Source: an uncultured Acidobacteriota bacterium (lineage in GTDB: Bacteria > Acidobacteriota > Vicinamibacteria > Vicinamibacterales > SCN-69-37). From it: DNA of 64,000 nucleotides. The stretch spans positions 132,355 through 196,354 of the forward strand of contig CAWAEG010000011.1 in the NCBI GenBank assembly GCA_963780895.1, read 5' to 3'. Below are positions 1-10,624 of the stretch, piece by piece; position 1 is the stretch's first letter; each line of letters starts with the position of its first letter. The translations under genes were made by a program, and so were the position numbers. The notes under the pieces are model-generated. The model searched no databases. It was given only the letters and a program-made list of their open reading frames with translations, and was not told the DNA's origin.

Positions 1-942
1 CAGCTTGTCGTACCACTGCGTGTTGCCCGCCTGCCGTTTGGAGGCGATGGCGAGCGTGCGTCCGTCGGGCGACCAGCGCGGCGACGTGTCCGGTCCTGTG
101 TTGTCGTAGAACTTCCGCGCGCGTCCCTCGAGATCCGTCAGCCAGACGTCAGCCCAGGCCGAATCGTCCACCTTCGTCGTGGGACGTGTCACGAACGCGA
201 TCGACTGCGAATCGGGGGACCACTGCGGGTCGCTCGCCACGAACTTGCCTTCGCTGATCCGCCTCTCCTTGCCCGACTCGATGTCCAGATACCAGACGTG
301 CGTCCAGCGAAACGTCTCGTCCACCACCACGGCGTCGTCCCGTTCGCGCCGCCGGCGGCGGTCTTCCGGGGTCAGCGGATCCTGCGAGAGGAACAGCAGC
401 TTCTTGCCGTCCGGAGAGATCGAGAAGGTCGAGACGCCGCCCTCATGTTTCGTGGCGGCCCAGGCTTCGCCGCCGTCGGTGTACATGAAAAACACCTGAT
501 TGGTCGGGCCGTCGCCTTCCGTGGCCCCGCCCGGGGCCGGTGTGGCCGGCGCGGCCGGTGCTGCAGCGCCCGTGGACCGAGACGACAGAAACGCGATCTT
601 GCTCCCGTCGGGGAACCAGGCAGGCGACGTCGTGTTGGCCTCGCCGAACGTCAGCTGACGCGCGCCCGTGCCATCCATGCGCACGCGCCAGAGGTGGGTC
701 TTCGTCCGCAGCTGGGCGTCGGTCCAGTCGCGGACGGTCTGGGTGTACATCACCCACTTGTCGTCGGGCGAGATAGCCGGCGATCCGACGTTGACGAAGC
801 TCTGCGTGTCTTTGACGGTCATCAGACGCGGTTTGGCGGCGGCCTGATCCTCGCGGGCGGCGACTGGTGCGGGTGAAACCCCGGCCGCGGCGCCGGCGAG
901 CGCCAGGCTGACGATGGCGATGACGGGAATGCGGTGTGTCAT
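1..942 (-). CDS. Secreted S9-family peptidase / TolB-like beta-propeller protein, N-terminal part (runs off the window)
   Basis: Not in the ORF track. Manual translation from ATG 942 gives MTHRIPVIAIVSLALAGAAAG...SPAISPDDKWVMY...ARQLTFGEANTTSPAWFPDGSKIAFLSSR (signal peptide plus PD40 repeats). GGAG RBS upstream. The catalytic domain is outside the window. Confidence 0.7.
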   Translation of the reverse strand, partial: MTHRIPVIAIVSLALAGAAAGVSPAPVAAREDQAAAKPRLMTVKDTQSFVNVGSPAISPDDKWVMYTQTVRDWTDAQLRTKTHLWRVRMDGTGARQLTFGEANTTSPAWFPDGSKIAFLSSRSTGAAAPAAPATPAPGGATEGDGPTNQVFFMYTDGGEAWAATKHEGGVSTFSISPDGKKLLFLSQDPLTPEDRRRRRERDDAVVVDETFRWTHVWYLDIESGKERRISEGKFVASDPQWSPDSQSIAFVTRPTTKVDDSAWADVWLTDLEGRARKFYDNTGPDTSPRWSPDGRTLAIASKRQAGNTQWYDKL

Positions 943-1075
943 GGCGGACTCCAACTGGTGAAGTGCTGGCTGATTATGAGCCATCCGGGCCGGGCGCGCG
1001 CAGATCCGGGCCGAAGCGCGGCGGTGCGGGACGGGTCGTGCGCCGCGCGAAAAACCGCGTGCTAGCATCCGGATC

Positions 1076-2617
1076 GTGCTTTCAGAGTCACATGTAGGCC
1101 GGGGCTTTAGCCTCGGCAACAAGCCAGCCCTGACCGCCTCCGCCAAGGCTACGGCGAGTCTCGCCGAAGCTTCGCGAAGGCGGAAGGGCCGGCCTGCACC
1201 AGTCGGTTCCTTCTCGCTCGTCGCCCTCGCGACTGCCGCTCTGCTCGTTCCCGTCTACGCCCGATCGGCCGCTGATGCCGCCTGGCCGCAGTTCCGCGGT
1301 CCGTCAGGCGCCGGCATCCTTGACGACGCGAAGCTGCCGCTCGCGTGGTCCACGTCTTCGAACGTGGCATGGCGTGCCGATGTACCGGGGCGCGGCTGGT
1401 CCTCTCCGGTTGCCTGGAAAGATCAGGTTTTCGTGACGTCGGCGATCAGTCCCGGCGCGTTCAAAGCGCCCTCAACCGGAATCTTCGGCAACGACTACGC
1501 GGCCGAGCTCACGGCCCAGGGCCTGTCATCCGAGGAAGTCATGAAGCGCGTCTCCGCCCGCGATCTCGAAAGCACCGAGGAGAGCGGAGAGATCCGCTAC
1601 ATGGTGTACGCCTTCGACGCGGCCACCGGACGCGTGCGGTGGGAGCGCGAGGTGCACAAGGGCGCGCCCTTCGGCGGCCGACATCGCAAGAACACGTTCG
1701 CATCAGAAACGCCGGCCACTGATGGCGAGCGGCTGTACGTGTACTTCGGGAACGTCGGGCTGTTCTGTTACGCGCTCGATGGCAAACCGATCTGGACGGC
1801 GAAGTTCGACCCGCAGCCGATGTATCTGAACTTCGGGACCGCCTCGTCGCCGGTGGTCCATGATGGCAAGGTGTTCATCGTGCACGACAACGACGGCATC
1901 TCGTTCGTCGCGGCCGTCGACGTGCGCACCGGCAAGATCCTGTGGCGTGTCGCCGGCGACTCGCCGGTCGCACGCGGGTCCGGCTGGTCCACCCCGTTCG
2001 TGTGGAAACGCGCGGACCGAATCGAGCTCGTCGTCATCAGGCGACAGCATGCGGTGGCCTACAGCCTGGACGGCAAGGAACTCTGGCGGCTGCGCGGATT
2101 GGTGGGGCAGTCGACACCGAGCCCCGTGGCATCGGACGACATGCTTTACGTCAGCACTGGATCACAGGGCGAATCGAACCGGCCGGTCTTCGCGGTTCGG
2201 GCCGGCGGCACCGGCGACATCTCCCTTGCCGCGGGCGAGACGAGCAACACCTCGGTCGCGTGGACGCATCCCCGCGCATCGGCTTACACATCCTCGCCGC
2301 TGATCTACCGGGGCCGCGTGTACATCGTGAACGACAACGGCGTCCTGCTGGTGATGGACGCGAAGACGGGCGCCGAGATTTACAAGGCGCGGGTCGGCGG
2401 CATCGGCAACACGTTCTCGGCGTCGCCGTGGGCGGTGAACGGAAACGTGTTCTTTCTGAGCGAAGACGGCGTGACCTTCGGCATCGAAGCCGGCGACAAG
2501 TACGTCGAGGTTGCGAAGAACGATCTCGGCGAGATGAGCCTGGCGACGCCGGCGCTCGCTCCGGACGCGATGTTCATCCGCACGATGACGAAGCTGTATC
2601 GGATTGCGGGCAAGTAA
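1076..2617 (+). CDS. PQQ-like beta-propeller (BamB-like) repeat protein
   Basis: WPQFRGP, GWSSPV, ASETPATDGER and repeated SSP...G.VY motifs; hydrophobic signal segment. Confidence 0.8.
   Translation: MLSESHVGRGFSLGNKPALTASAKATASLAEASRRRKGRPAPVGSFSLVALATAALLVPVYARSAADAAWPQFRGPSGAGILDDAKLPLAWSTSSNVAWRADVPGRGWSSPVAWKDQVFVTSAISPGAFKAPSTGIFGNDYAAELTAQGLSSEEVMKRVSARDLESTEESGEIRYMVYAFDAATGRVRWEREVHKGAPFGGRHRKNTFASETPATDGERLYVYFGNVGLFCYALDGKPIWTAKFDPQPMYLNFGTASSPVVHDGKVFIVHDNDGISFVAAVDVRTGKILWRVAGDSPVARGSGWSTPFVWKRADRIELVVIRRQHAVAYSLDGKELWRLRGLVGQSTPSPVASDDMLYVSTGSQGESNRPVFAVRAGGTGDISLAAGETSNTSVAWTHPRASAYTSSPLIYRGRVYIVNDNGVLLVMDAKTGAEIYKARVGGIGNTFSASPWAVNGNVFFLSEDGVTFGIEAGDKYVEVAKNDLGEMSLATPALAPDAMFIRTMTKLYRIAGK
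1094..1199. repeat. REP-like doublet with a nested 50-bp palindromic element (1134-1183), inside the CDS
   Basis: GTAG-gccggggctttagcctcggc hairpin. The second hairpin gccagccct..agggccggc is interrupted by ccgcct...aggcgg. Confidence 0.7.
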
Positions 2618-2690
2618 CCTGTCCGGCGAGAGGCTCAAAGGCCCAAAGGCCGAGCCAGCGCTTGCTGAAGTTTGACGCTGTGGCGCGTTT

Positions 2691-3134
2691 CTACTTCAAG
2701 ACGGCGCCGGTCACCTTCACCTGATACTTGTTGCCGAAGTCGGACGCGGTTGGCTGCGCGGCGAGCTGTTCTTTCGCAGCCTCGTTGCCTTCCTTGTCGC
2801 CGGCGGCGATGCGTTCGAAGACGCCTTCGGCCGACGCGCGCTTGCCCTTCGCCGCGATCGGGAACGTCAGCGCGCCGTCGTGATCGACCTTGAAGCGCAC
2901 CGTCTGGGCCGACTCCGCGGAGTCGCCGAGCGCCATCCAGCAGCCCATCTCCTGACAGACCGCGCTGACGACCCCATCGAGCCGGACCGTCTTGCCGACG
3001 AACTGCTCGGGGGTCTTGTAGAGAGCGGCGATTGGCGTCGCCTCGGCGAGTTTCACGCCGGCGCCGAGCGTCTGCTCGGCCGGCGTCTGAGCCATGACGA
3101 AGGCGATAATCAAGAGGGCTGTCGGAATGCGCAT
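2691..3134 (-). CDS. DUF4920-like secreted OB-fold protein
   Basis: G.V..VCQEMGCWM motif; signal peptide MRIPTALLIIAFVMA. Confidence 0.7.
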   Translation of the reverse strand: MRIPTALLIIAFVMAQTPAEQTLGAGVKLAEATPIAALYKTPEQFVGKTVRLDGVVSAVCQEMGCWMALGDSAESAQTVRFKVDHDGALTFPIAAKGKRASAEGVFERIAAGDKEGNEAAKEQLAAQPTASDFGNKYQVKVTGAVLK

Positions 3135-3153
3135 GCGTGTCATTATCTCTGAC

Positions 3154-4113
3154 ATGACCTCGGGTGTCTTTTTGACGGCTCAAAAAGACACCCGAGGTGT
3201 GTGGCTCGCCGCTGTCCTGCTGCTGGCCGCCGGCTGCGCGTCTCCCGCGCCCGAACCGCCACCGCCTCTCACCGAAGGGGTCATCAAGGAGATCGAAGCC
3301 TGGCGGACGAAACACGAAGTCGACTACCGGCGCGACTGGGTCACCATCGCCGGACTGCACGACCTCAAACAAGGTCCAAATACTGCGGGCAGCGACAAGT
3401 CGAACGACATCGTGCTCTCACCGCCGATCCCTCCCGCGCTCGGCCGGTTCGTGCTCGAGGGTCAGAGAGTACGATTCGAGCCCGCGAAGGGCGCCAACGT
3501 GCTCCTGAACGATAAACCTGTGACCGCTACGATCGACTTGAAGGACGATGGAGGGCCGGGCGCGGACCAGCTCCTGGTGGGCGACGTGCGCATGGTCGTC
3601 CACGTGAGCGGCGATCGCCGGTCGCTTCGCGTGCGCGATCCGAATGGCGAGCAGGCACGCAACTTCCTCGGATTCAGCTGGTTCCCGATCGAATCGAAGT
3701 GGCGCGTGGCCGGCCGCTTCATCAAAGACGCCGAGCCGCGCAAGCTGCCGGTCGTGAACACGTTCGGCGACACCGACACCTACACCACCGAAGGCGTCGT
3801 CGAGTTCACGCTGCTCGGACAGACGCTGCGCCTGCGGCCGTTCACGACCCGGCCCAAGCGGTTCTACTTCGTCTTCCGCGACGCGTCGAGCGGAGAGGAG
3901 ACGTACGAAGCCGCGCGCTTCGTGTACTCCAACCTGCTGGACGACGGGACAACGGTGATCGACTTCAACCAGGCGTACAACCCGCCGTGCGCGTTCAATC
4001 CCTTCACGACATGTCCGATTCCGCTCAAAGAGAACCGGCTGCCGATTAAGATTCTGGCCGGGGAAAAGGCGTATCCGGTGCACGTGCCATTGCCGTCGCG
4101 TCAGGGTGGGTGA
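3154..4113 (+). CDS. DUF1684 domain lipoprotein
   Basis: ETYEAARF and IDFNQAYNPPCAFNPFTTCPIP motifs; lipobox AAGC. Confidence 0.85.
   Translation: MTSGVFLTAQKDTRGVWLAAVLLLAAGCASPAPEPPPPLTEGVIKEIEAWRTKHEVDYRRDWVTIAGLHDLKQGPNTAGSDKSNDIVLSPPIPPALGRFVLEGQRVRFEPAKGANVLLNDKPVTATIDLKDDGGPGADQLLVGDVRMVVHVSGDRRSLRVRDPNGEQARNFLGFSWFPIESKWRVAGRFIKDAEPRKLPVVNTFGDTDTYTTEGVVEFTLLGQTLRLRPFTTRPKRFYFVFRDASSGEETYEAARFVYSNLLDDGTTVIDFNQAYNPPCAFNPFTTCPIPLKENRLPIKILAGEKAYPVHVPLPSRQGG
3157..3198. repeat. ACCTCGG-type palindrome, in frame in the signal peptide
   Basis: acctcgggtgtctttttga / tcaaaaagacacccgaggt perfect arms. Confidence 0.8.
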
Positions 4114-5723
4114 TGCGGCGCGCTGCGCCCGTCCTCGTCCTCTGCGGATTCCTTGTCTCCGGTTCGTGCAGTCGGCCGGAGCCTGCCGCCGGCGCGGGAA
4201 GCGACGCGGACCTGGTCGCGTTGTTCAAGCAGTGGCGCGATTTCCAGGCGCCAATCCTCGTGAACAGCGTGCCCGACTACCGCGCCGCGTCCATGGCGGC
4301 GCAGCACCGCGAGCTCGCCAACTACCAGCGCAGGCTCGCGGCAATCGATTCGTCCACATGGCCCATTCCACAGCAGGTCGATTACCACATCGTGCGCGCG
4401 GAGATGAATGGACTCGACTTCGATCATCGGATCCTGAGGCCATGGGCCAACGATCCGGCGTTTTACGTGACGGTGTTTCCCTCCGAAAGCGACCAGCCCG
4501 CGCGTGAAGGCCATTACGCGCGCGGATCGGTGGAGCTGTGGAAGTACAACTGGCCTCTCGGTGCGGCGAGCCGTGCCGAGATTCGAACGGGCCTTGCCGC
4601 GGTGCCTCCGCTGCTCGATCAGGCGCGTGTGAACCTGGTCGGCACGGGCCAGGATTTATGGACGTTCGGGACGCGGCGGATTCGCGCGCAAAGTACCGAC
4701 CTTCAGCGCTTTGCCGCGCGCCTGGCCGACGCGGGCGCGACGGATCTGGTCGCCGACGTAACACGCGCGCAGGCGGCGACCGACGCATTCGCCGCGTGGC
4801 TCGACGGTCAGACCGCGACGAAAACGGCTCCCTCCGGCGTCGGCGTCGAGAACTACACCTGGTATCTCCAGAACGTCCAGCTGCTGCCGTACACGTGGCA
4901 GGACGCCATGACGCTCATGCAGCGGGAGCTCGCCCGCGCGCACTCGGCGCTGGCGCTCGAGGAGTCTCGCAACGCGAGCCTTCCGCCGTCGACGCCCATC
5001 GCATCCGCCGACGAATACGAGAAACGGTCGCAGGCGGCGGTGACCGATTACATGCTCTTTCTCAAGGAGCGTGACCTGCTGACGATTCGGGACGACATGG
5101 ATGCCGCGATCCGGGCGCGGCTGGGCCGCTACTCGGCCGGGCCGCGCGAGTTCTTCGGCGAGGTCGATCATCACGATCCGCAGGTGATGCGCACGCACGG
5201 CTATCACTGGTTCGACAAAGCCCGGATGGCCGGTGATCCACACGCGAGCGCGATTCGCCGCGGACCGCTCCTGTACAACATCTTCATCACCCGGACCGAA
5301 GGGCATGCGACCGGCTGGGAGGAGATGATGCTCCAGGCGGGGATGTTCGACCGGAATCCGCGTTCCCGCGAGCTCATCTACATCCTGCTCGCGCAGCGCG
5401 CCGCGCGCGCCCAGGGGGATCTTCGGATGCACGCCCGGCAGGCGACGCTCGAACAGGCGTCGGCCTTCACGTCCGCGAACACGCCGCGGGGCTGGCTGAG
5501 CCTCGAAGGGCAGCTCGTCCGGGGAGAACAGCACCTTTACCTTCGTCAGCCTGCCTACGGCATCAGCTACGTCGTCGGGAAGATTCAGATCGAGCAGTTG
5601 CTTGCGGATCGGCGCCGGCAGCTTGGCGGGAATTTCACGATGCGCCGCTTCATGGACGAGTTCGACGCGGCCGGCTTGATCCCGATCTCGCTCATCCGCT
5701 GGGAGCTGACCGGAGTGAAATGA
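4110..5723 (+). CDS. DUF885 family protein
   Basis: C-terminal EG.A..WE, RAAR, Y...P.Y..SY..GK and F..RRF.D.F..AG.IP motifs; signal peptide. Confidence 0.75.
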   Translation: MMRRAAPVLVLCGFLVSGSCSRPEPAAGAGSDADLVALFKQWRDFQAPILVNSVPDYRAASMAAQHRELANYQRRLAAIDSSTWPIPQQVDYHIVRAEMNGLDFDHRILRPWANDPAFYVTVFPSESDQPAREGHYARGSVELWKYNWPLGAASRAEIRTGLAAVPPLLDQARVNLVGTGQDLWTFGTRRIRAQSTDLQRFAARLADAGATDLVADVTRAQAATDAFAAWLDGQTATKTAPSGVGVENYTWYLQNVQLLPYTWQDAMTLMQRELARAHSALALEESRNASLPPSTPIASADEYEKRSQAAVTDYMLFLKERDLLTIRDDMDAAIRARLGRYSAGPREFFGEVDHHDPQVMRTHGYHWFDKARMAGDPHASAIRRGPLLYNIFITRTEGHATGWEEMMLQAGMFDRNPRSRELIYILLAQRAARAQGDLRMHARQATLEQASAFTSANTPRGWLSLEGQLVRGEQHLYLRQPAYGISYVVGKIQIEQLLADRRRQLGGNFTMRRFMDEFDAAGLIPISLIRWELTGVK

Positions 5724-5768
5724 CCTCCGAGGTCGTTTTACGTTTTTTGAAAAACGACCTCGGAGGTC
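5722..5768. repeat. GACCTC-type palindrome at the convergent DUF885/cysA ends
   Basis: gacctccgaggtcgtttt / aaaacgacctcggaggtc perfect 18-bp arms. Confidence 0.8.
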
Positions 5769-6823
5769 TTTTCCTCCAGGAATACGCGCAGCCGCCGTGG
5801 CGTGATGTGCAGCCGTTCGCCGCGCGCGGGTGCGAGTGCGTCGTACGCGTCCCGGCCGAGCTCCACCCGGATCGTCCGGCCGTCATCGTCGCGCAGGTCG
5901 ACTTTGACGATACCGCCCGTGGCGTTTACGTCCACGACGCGGCCCCATAGACCGCCGGGCTGACCGGTCCGGCTCAAGCTGAGCTCATGGGGCCGGGCGT
6001 ACCCGGCCGCGGCGTGAGGGGTGGGCTCGTTGTGAGCGGGGTAGTCCACCGACAGCGGCCCGAGCAGCGCCTTGCCGGCCTCGACGCGGCCATGAAAGAT
6101 GTTCACGCTGCCGAGGAAGTTCATGACGAATGGCGTGGCTGGATGATCGAACAGCTCCTCCGGACTGCCGTCCTGCTCGATCCGTCCGGCGTTCATGATG
6201 ACGACGCGATCGGCGAGCTCGAGCGCCTCTTCCTGATCGTGCGTGACGAAGACGCTCGTCACGTGAATCTCCTCGTGCAGCCGCCGGAGCCACCGGCGAA
6301 GCTCCTGCCGGACCTTGGCATCGAGCGCGCCGAAGGGCTCGTCGAGCAGCAGCACCTTCGGCTCGACCGCCAGCGCTCGCGCCAGCGCGACGCGCTGCCG
6401 CTGACCGCCCGACAACTGACGAGGATACCGGTCCCCGAGGTAATCGAGCTGAACCAGCTCGAGCAGATGCCTCACGCGATCATGAATGGTCTGTCGGGAC
6501 GGCCGGCGATCGCGCGGCTGCACACGCAGGCCAAACGCGACGTTTTCGAAGACCGTCATGTGCCGGAAGAGCGCGTAGTGCTGAAAGACGAACCCGACGC
6601 GCCGGTCCCTGGCGGTACGTGCGCTCGCGTCCTCGTTTTCGAGCATCACGGTGCCCGTGTCGGGCCGCTCGAGTCCCGCGATGACGCGCAGCAGCGTCGT
6701 CTTACCCGAGCCCGACGGCCCGAGGAGCGCGACGAGCTCGCCGGCCGGCACCCGGAAGCTCACGTCGTCGAGTGACGTGAACGACCCGAACGTCTTCGAG
6801 ACGTGGCGAACTTCGATACCCAT
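5738..6823 (-). CDS. cysA: Sulfate ABC transporter ATP-binding protein
   Basis: [34 protein letters not shown]; TOBE tail; operon context. Confidence 0.95.
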   Translation of the reverse strand: MGIEVRHVSKTFGSFTSLDDVSFRVPAGELVALLGPSGSGKTTLLRVIAGLERPDTGTVMLENEDASARTARDRRVGFVFQHYALFRHMTVFENVAFGLRVQPRDRRPSRQTIHDRVRHLLELVQLDYLGDRYPRQLSGGQRQRVALARALAVEPKVLLLDEPFGALDAKVRQELRRWLRRLHEEIHVTSVFVTHDQEEALELADRVVIMNAGRIEQDGSPEELFDHPATPFVMNFLGSVNIFHGRVEAGKALLGPLSVDYPAHNEPTPHAAAGYARPHELSLSRTGQPGGLWGRVVDVNATGGIVKVDLRDDDGRTIRVELGRDAYDALAPARGERLHITPRRLRVFLEEKTSEVVFQKT

Positions 6824-6826
6824 CGA

Positions 6827-7687
6827 TCACCCTTTCATCCGGTATTCGACGAACGACTTCGCGACGAGCGTCGCGAGCGCGAGCAGCGTCAGCAGTGAGG
6901 CGACCGCGAACGCCGCCTGGAAGTTGTATTCGTTGTAGAGAATCTCGACGTGCAGCGGCAGCGTGTTGGTCAGGCCGCGGATCTTTCCCGAAACCACCGA
7001 GACCGCGCCGAACTCACCCATGGCGCGCGCGCTGCTCAGGATCACGCCGTAGAGGAGTCCCCATTTGATGTTCGGCAGGGTCACGCGCAGAAACGTCTGC
7101 AGGCCGCCGGCGCCGAGCACGCGCGCGGCTTCCTCTTCTTCGGTCCCCGCCGCTTCCATGACGGGGATGATTTCGCGCGCCACGAACGGAAACGACACGA
7201 AGATCGTCGCCAGGACGATGCCGGGCACCGCGAAGACGACTTTCAGATCGTGAGCGTCCATCCACGGGCCGAGCAGTCCCTGTCGGCCGAACAGGAGAAT
7301 GAACACGATGCCCGCGATGACGGGGGACACGGCAAACGGCAGGTCGACGAACGTCATCAGCAGGCTTCGTCCGGGGAAGCGAAACTTGGCGATCGCCCAA
7401 CCCGCGGCGAGACCGAACACCAGATTGGCCGGTACGGCGATCGCTGCGGCGAAGAACGTCAGCGACAGCGCCGAGAGGGCGTCGTCGTTCGTGATGGCGG
7501 CCCGATACGCGTCCCACCCGTTCGCAAACGCCTCCGAGAACACCAGGATGAGCGGCAGGCCGAGAAACAGGCCGAGGAATCCGAGCGCGGCCGCGATGAA
7601 CAGCCAACGCAGGTACGCGGGCTCGGTCAGATGCCGGCGTGGGCCAGTTCGCGGAGAAGTCGGAGGAGTGGGCCGATCCATCGCCAT
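6827..7687 (-). CDS. cysW: Sulfate ABC transporter permease
   Basis: [37 protein letters not shown]. Confidence 0.95.
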   Translation of the reverse strand: MAMDRPTPPTSPRTGPRRHLTEPAYLRWLFIAAALGFLGLFLGLPLILVFSEAFANGWDAYRAAITNDDALSALSLTFFAAAIAVPANLVFGLAAGWAIAKFRFPGRSLLMTFVDLPFAVSPVIAGIVFILLFGRQGLLGPWMDAHDLKVVFAVPGIVLATIFVSFPFVAREIIPVMEAAGTEEEEAARVLGAGGLQTFLRVTLPNIKWGLLYGVILSSARAMGEFGAVSVVSGKIRGLTNTLPLHVEILYNEYNFQAAFAVASLLTLLALATLVAKSFVEYRMKG

Positions 7688-7690
7688 GCG

Positions 7691-8515
7691 TCAGTGCGCC
7701 AGCCGGCGGCTGCTCCAGTGCTGAAGCGCGTTGATGGACAGCAGGAGCACGAACGACAGCACGAGCATCACGAGCGCCACCGCCGTCGCGCCCGCGTAGT
7801 CGTACTGCTCGAGCTTGGTGACGATGAGGAGGGGCGAGATCTCCGTCCGCATCGGCATGTTGCCGGAGATGAACACGACCGATCCGTACTCCCCGATCGC
7901 GCGCGCGAACGCGAGGGCGAATCCCGTGAGCCACGCCGGATACAGGTACGGCAGGATGACGCGCCGGACGACGGCCCACCTGCTGGCCCCCAGGCTCGTC
8001 GCGGCCTCTTCGACCTGGAGATCGAGGTCTTCGAGCACCGGCTGCAGCGTCCGGACGACGAACGGAAGGCCGATGAAAACGAGCGCAATGGTGACGCCGA
8101 GCGGCGTGAACGCGAGCGTGACCCCGTACCGCGCGAGGGGAGCGCCCAGCCAACCGTTCGGCGCGCAGATCGCGGTCAGGGTGATACCGGCCACTGCCGT
8201 CGGGAGCGCGAAGGGCAGGTCGATGAGCGCATCCACGATGCGCCGGCCGGGGAAGTCGTATCGCACGAGCACCCACGCGACCAGCATGCCGAACACGGCG
8301 TTCACGGCGGCCGCCGCGAGAGAGGCGCCCAGGCTCAGCCTGTACGAGGCCACCACCCGAGGGTCCGTGATCGTCTCGACGAACACCGGCCAGCTCGTCG
8401 TCGCCGTCTTCATCGGCAGCGTCATCAGCGGAACGAGCACAATCAGCGTGAGATAGAACAGCGTGAAGCCGAGCGTCAGACGGAAGCCGGGCAGGACGCG
8501 CGTTGAGGCAGCCAT
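7691..8515 (-). CDS. cysT: Sulfate ABC transporter permease
   Basis: VLPGF, DLPFALPTAVAG, FARAIGEYGSV, KLEQYDY; start reset to ATG 8515. Confidence 0.95.
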   Translation of the reverse strand: MAASTRVLPGFRLTLGFTLFYLTLIVLVPLMTLPMKTATTSWPVFVETITDPRVVASYRLSLGASLAAAAVNAVFGMLVAWVLVRYDFPGRRIVDALIDLPFALPTAVAGITLTAICAPNGWLGAPLARYGVTLAFTPLGVTIALVFIGLPFVVRTLQPVLEDLDLQVEEAATSLGASRWAVVRRVILPYLYPAWLTGFALAFARAIGEYGSVVFISGNMPMRTEISPLLIVTKLEQYDYAGATAVALVMLVLSFVLLLSINALQHWSSRRLAH

Positions 8516-8516
8516 C

Positions 8517-9536
8517 TCAGTCGCGTCCGGGACGGTAGATCTGATCGAACGTGGTGCGATCGGCGAAGTGCGCCTTGTGCGCCATCTGCCATCCACCGAA
8601 GGCGTCGCTCACCGTGAAGAGCGTCACCGGCGCGAAGCTCACCGCGGCCTTCGCGGCCGCGCCGGCCTCCCGGGGACGGTAGTAATGGCGCGCGGCGATT
8701 TCCTGGGCGTCGGTTGAGTACAGGAACTTCAGATACGCGTCGGCGACCGCGCGCGTGCCTTTCCTGTCCACGACCTTGTCGACGATGGCGACCGGCGGCT
8801 CCGCGAGGATGCTGAGCGGCGGCGCGACGATCTCGACCGGCGTTCTGGCTTCTTTCATTGCGAGATACGCTTCGTTCTCCCATGTCAGGAGCACGTCGCC
8901 GATGCCGCGCTGCACGAACGTCGTGGTCGATCCCCTCGCGCCCGGGTCGAGCACCGGGACGTTCCGGTACAGCTGGGTGACGAACGCGCGGGCCGTGGCG
9001 TCGGAGCCGCCCGGCTGGCGCTTCGCGAATTCCCAGGCGGCGAGGTAATTCCATCGCGCGCCACCGGATGTTTTCGGATTCGGCGTAATCACGGCCACGC
9101 CCGGTCTGGCGAGATCGCTCCAGTCCCTGATGCGCTTCGGATTGCCCTTGCGCACGAGAAAGACAATCGTGGACGTGTACGGCGAGCTGTTCTGCGGGAG
9201 CCGCTGCTGCCAGCCGGCGTTGATGAGCCCGCTCGACTGGATCGCGTCGACGTCATAGGCGAGCGCGAGCGTGACGACATCGGCGGCGAGTCCGTCGATG
9301 ACGGCGCGGGCCTGGCTGCCGGAGCCGCCGTGCGACTGCTGGATAGTGACGGTCTGCCCCGTGTTTGCCTGCCACTGTTTCGTGAAGACGGCGTTCAGGC
9401 TGGCGTACAGCTCGCGCGTGGGGTCGTAGGACACGTTCAGGAGCGTCTGGGGCGGAGCGGTCTCGCGTTCGGGGCTGGTGTAGGCGGCCAGGAGGCCTGC
9501 GAGGCCGAGGACCGCCAGCAGGAAGACTTTATTCAC
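8517..9536 (-). CDS. sbp: Sulfate ABC transporter substrate-binding protein
   Basis: [38 protein letters not shown]. Confidence 0.95.
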   Translation of the reverse strand: MNKVFLLAVLGLAGLLAAYTSPERETAPPQTLLNVSYDPTRELYASLNAVFTKQWQANTGQTVTIQQSHGGSGSQARAVIDGLAADVVTLALAYDVDAIQSSGLINAGWQQRLPQNSSPYTSTIVFLVRKGNPKRIRDWSDLARPGVAVITPNPKTSGGARWNYLAAWEFAKRQPGGSDATARAFVTQLYRNVPVLDPGARGSTTTFVQRGIGDVLLTWENEAYLAMKEARTPVEIVAPPLSILAEPPVAIVDKVVDRKGTRAVADAYLKFLYSTDAQEIAARHYYRPREAGAAAKAAVSFAPVTLFTVSDAFGGWQMAHKAHFADRTTFDQIYRPGRD

Positions 9537-9538
9537 AT

Positions 9539-9563
9539 AATCTCCATAGAATTAGTCGTCTTA
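9539..9563 (-). promoter_or_regulatory. Putative Rrf2 operator upstream of sbp
   Basis: AT-rich AAGACGACTAATTCTATGGAGATT; shares GAC-N7-ATRG with the site upstream of the rrf2 gene. Confidence 0.45.
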
Positions 9564-9601
9564 ATAGCCAGCCCAGCCCATGGACCGCATCACGCGTATC
9601 C

Positions 9602-10072
9602 TCAGCCGGTTCTGCGGGTTGCGCGGGTCGGCCGCCGGGTGACCTGCGCCAGCGTCGCGATCTGCTGATTGACGTCTGCCAGGGTCGTGCCGTCCAGAAT
9701 CGTCGCGGTCGCGTCGCGGACGCGTTTCATCGCGAGCCGGATCCCGCACCCGGTTTCATCCGGGCAGTCGTCGCAGCGGCGATAGGCCGTGGCGCTCACG
9801 CACGCGATTGGGGCCAGCGGGCCGTCGAGAATCCGGACGATTTCGCCCAGGCTGATTTCCTGCGGCGGGCGGGCGAGGAGGTACCCGCCGAGCTTGCCAC
9901 GCCGGCTGGTGAGCACGCCGTGCCGGTTCAGCTCGAGCAGGATGTGTTCGAGGAACTTCCTGGGGATTTGCTCGCGCCTGGCGATGTCGGCGACGAGCAC
10001 GGGCGCGCGCTCGCGCTCGCGGGCGAGGAGAAGTGCCGCCTTGAGGCCGTACTTCGATCGCCTGGTGAGCAC
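9602..10072 (-). CDS. Rrf2 family transcriptional regulator
   Basis: IPRKFLEHILLEL, SRRGKLGGY.LARPP..I; Cys cluster CVS...CDDC...C. Confidence 0.92.
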   Translation of the reverse strand: MLTRRSKYGLKAALLLARERERAPVLVADIARREQIPRKFLEHILLELNRHGVLTSRRGKLGGYLLARPPQEISLGEIVRILDGPLAPIACVSATAYRRCDDCPDETGCGIRLAMKRVRDATATILDGTTLADVNQQIATLAQVTRRPTRATRRTG

Positions 10073-10075
10073 GAT

Positions 10076-10100
10076 TTACCCTATCATTCGTGTCAAGTAT
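10076..10100 (-). promoter_or_regulatory. Putative Rrf2 autoregulatory operator
   Basis: ATACTTGACACGAATGATAGGGTAA resembles IscR type-1 sites. Confidence 0.5.
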
Positions 10101-10171
10101 TGAGTCCGCTCTGGGTGCCCGGAAGGTGTGGCGGCGGCTTTGATTGACCCGGCGATCGGTCGGCATCGAGG

Positions 10172-10600
10172 TCAGGCGCGCTCGTACGGACCGAAGAACA
10201 TCTCCCGCAACCCGAACACCATTGCGACGTAGAGGTAACCGAGAGCCAGGCTGGCAATGGCGGCCACCACGAAGAACGTGACTGCCACACCTGGCGGCGC
10301 GCCGCGCATCGCGAGCACGATCGAGAAGGCGAGCACCGCGACGATCATCCAGAGCGGCGCGAACAGTGCCCGTCGCCGAATCTCTTCTTCGGGCCGGTTG
10401 CTGATCCATACCGTCGCCCAAAGCGCGATCGGCGCGTACGGCGGGCCGCCGTGGAGGAGCGATATCAGGAGGATCTGGATGACCTTGTCGAGCGGCGTGC
10501 CCGTTCGCACGAACCCGATGCCGTGCACGACGAGCGCGACGGCAGCCGGCAGCACGATCGGCAGCCAGACGGACAGACGATAGAACGATTGCACGGTCAT
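10172..10600 (-). CDS. Hypothetical membrane protein (about 4 TM segments)
   Basis: Alternating hydrophobic segments; plausible start and stop. Confidence 0.6.
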   Translation of the reverse strand: MTVQSFYRLSVWLPIVLPAAVALVVHGIGFVRTGTPLDKVIQILLISLLHGGPPYAPIALWATVWISNRPEEEIRRRALFAPLWMIVAVLAFSIVLAMRGAPPGVAVTFFVVAAIASLALGYLYVAMVFGLREMFFGPYERA

Positions 10601-10624
10601 TGCAGGCGGGATGAAGTGTACGGC

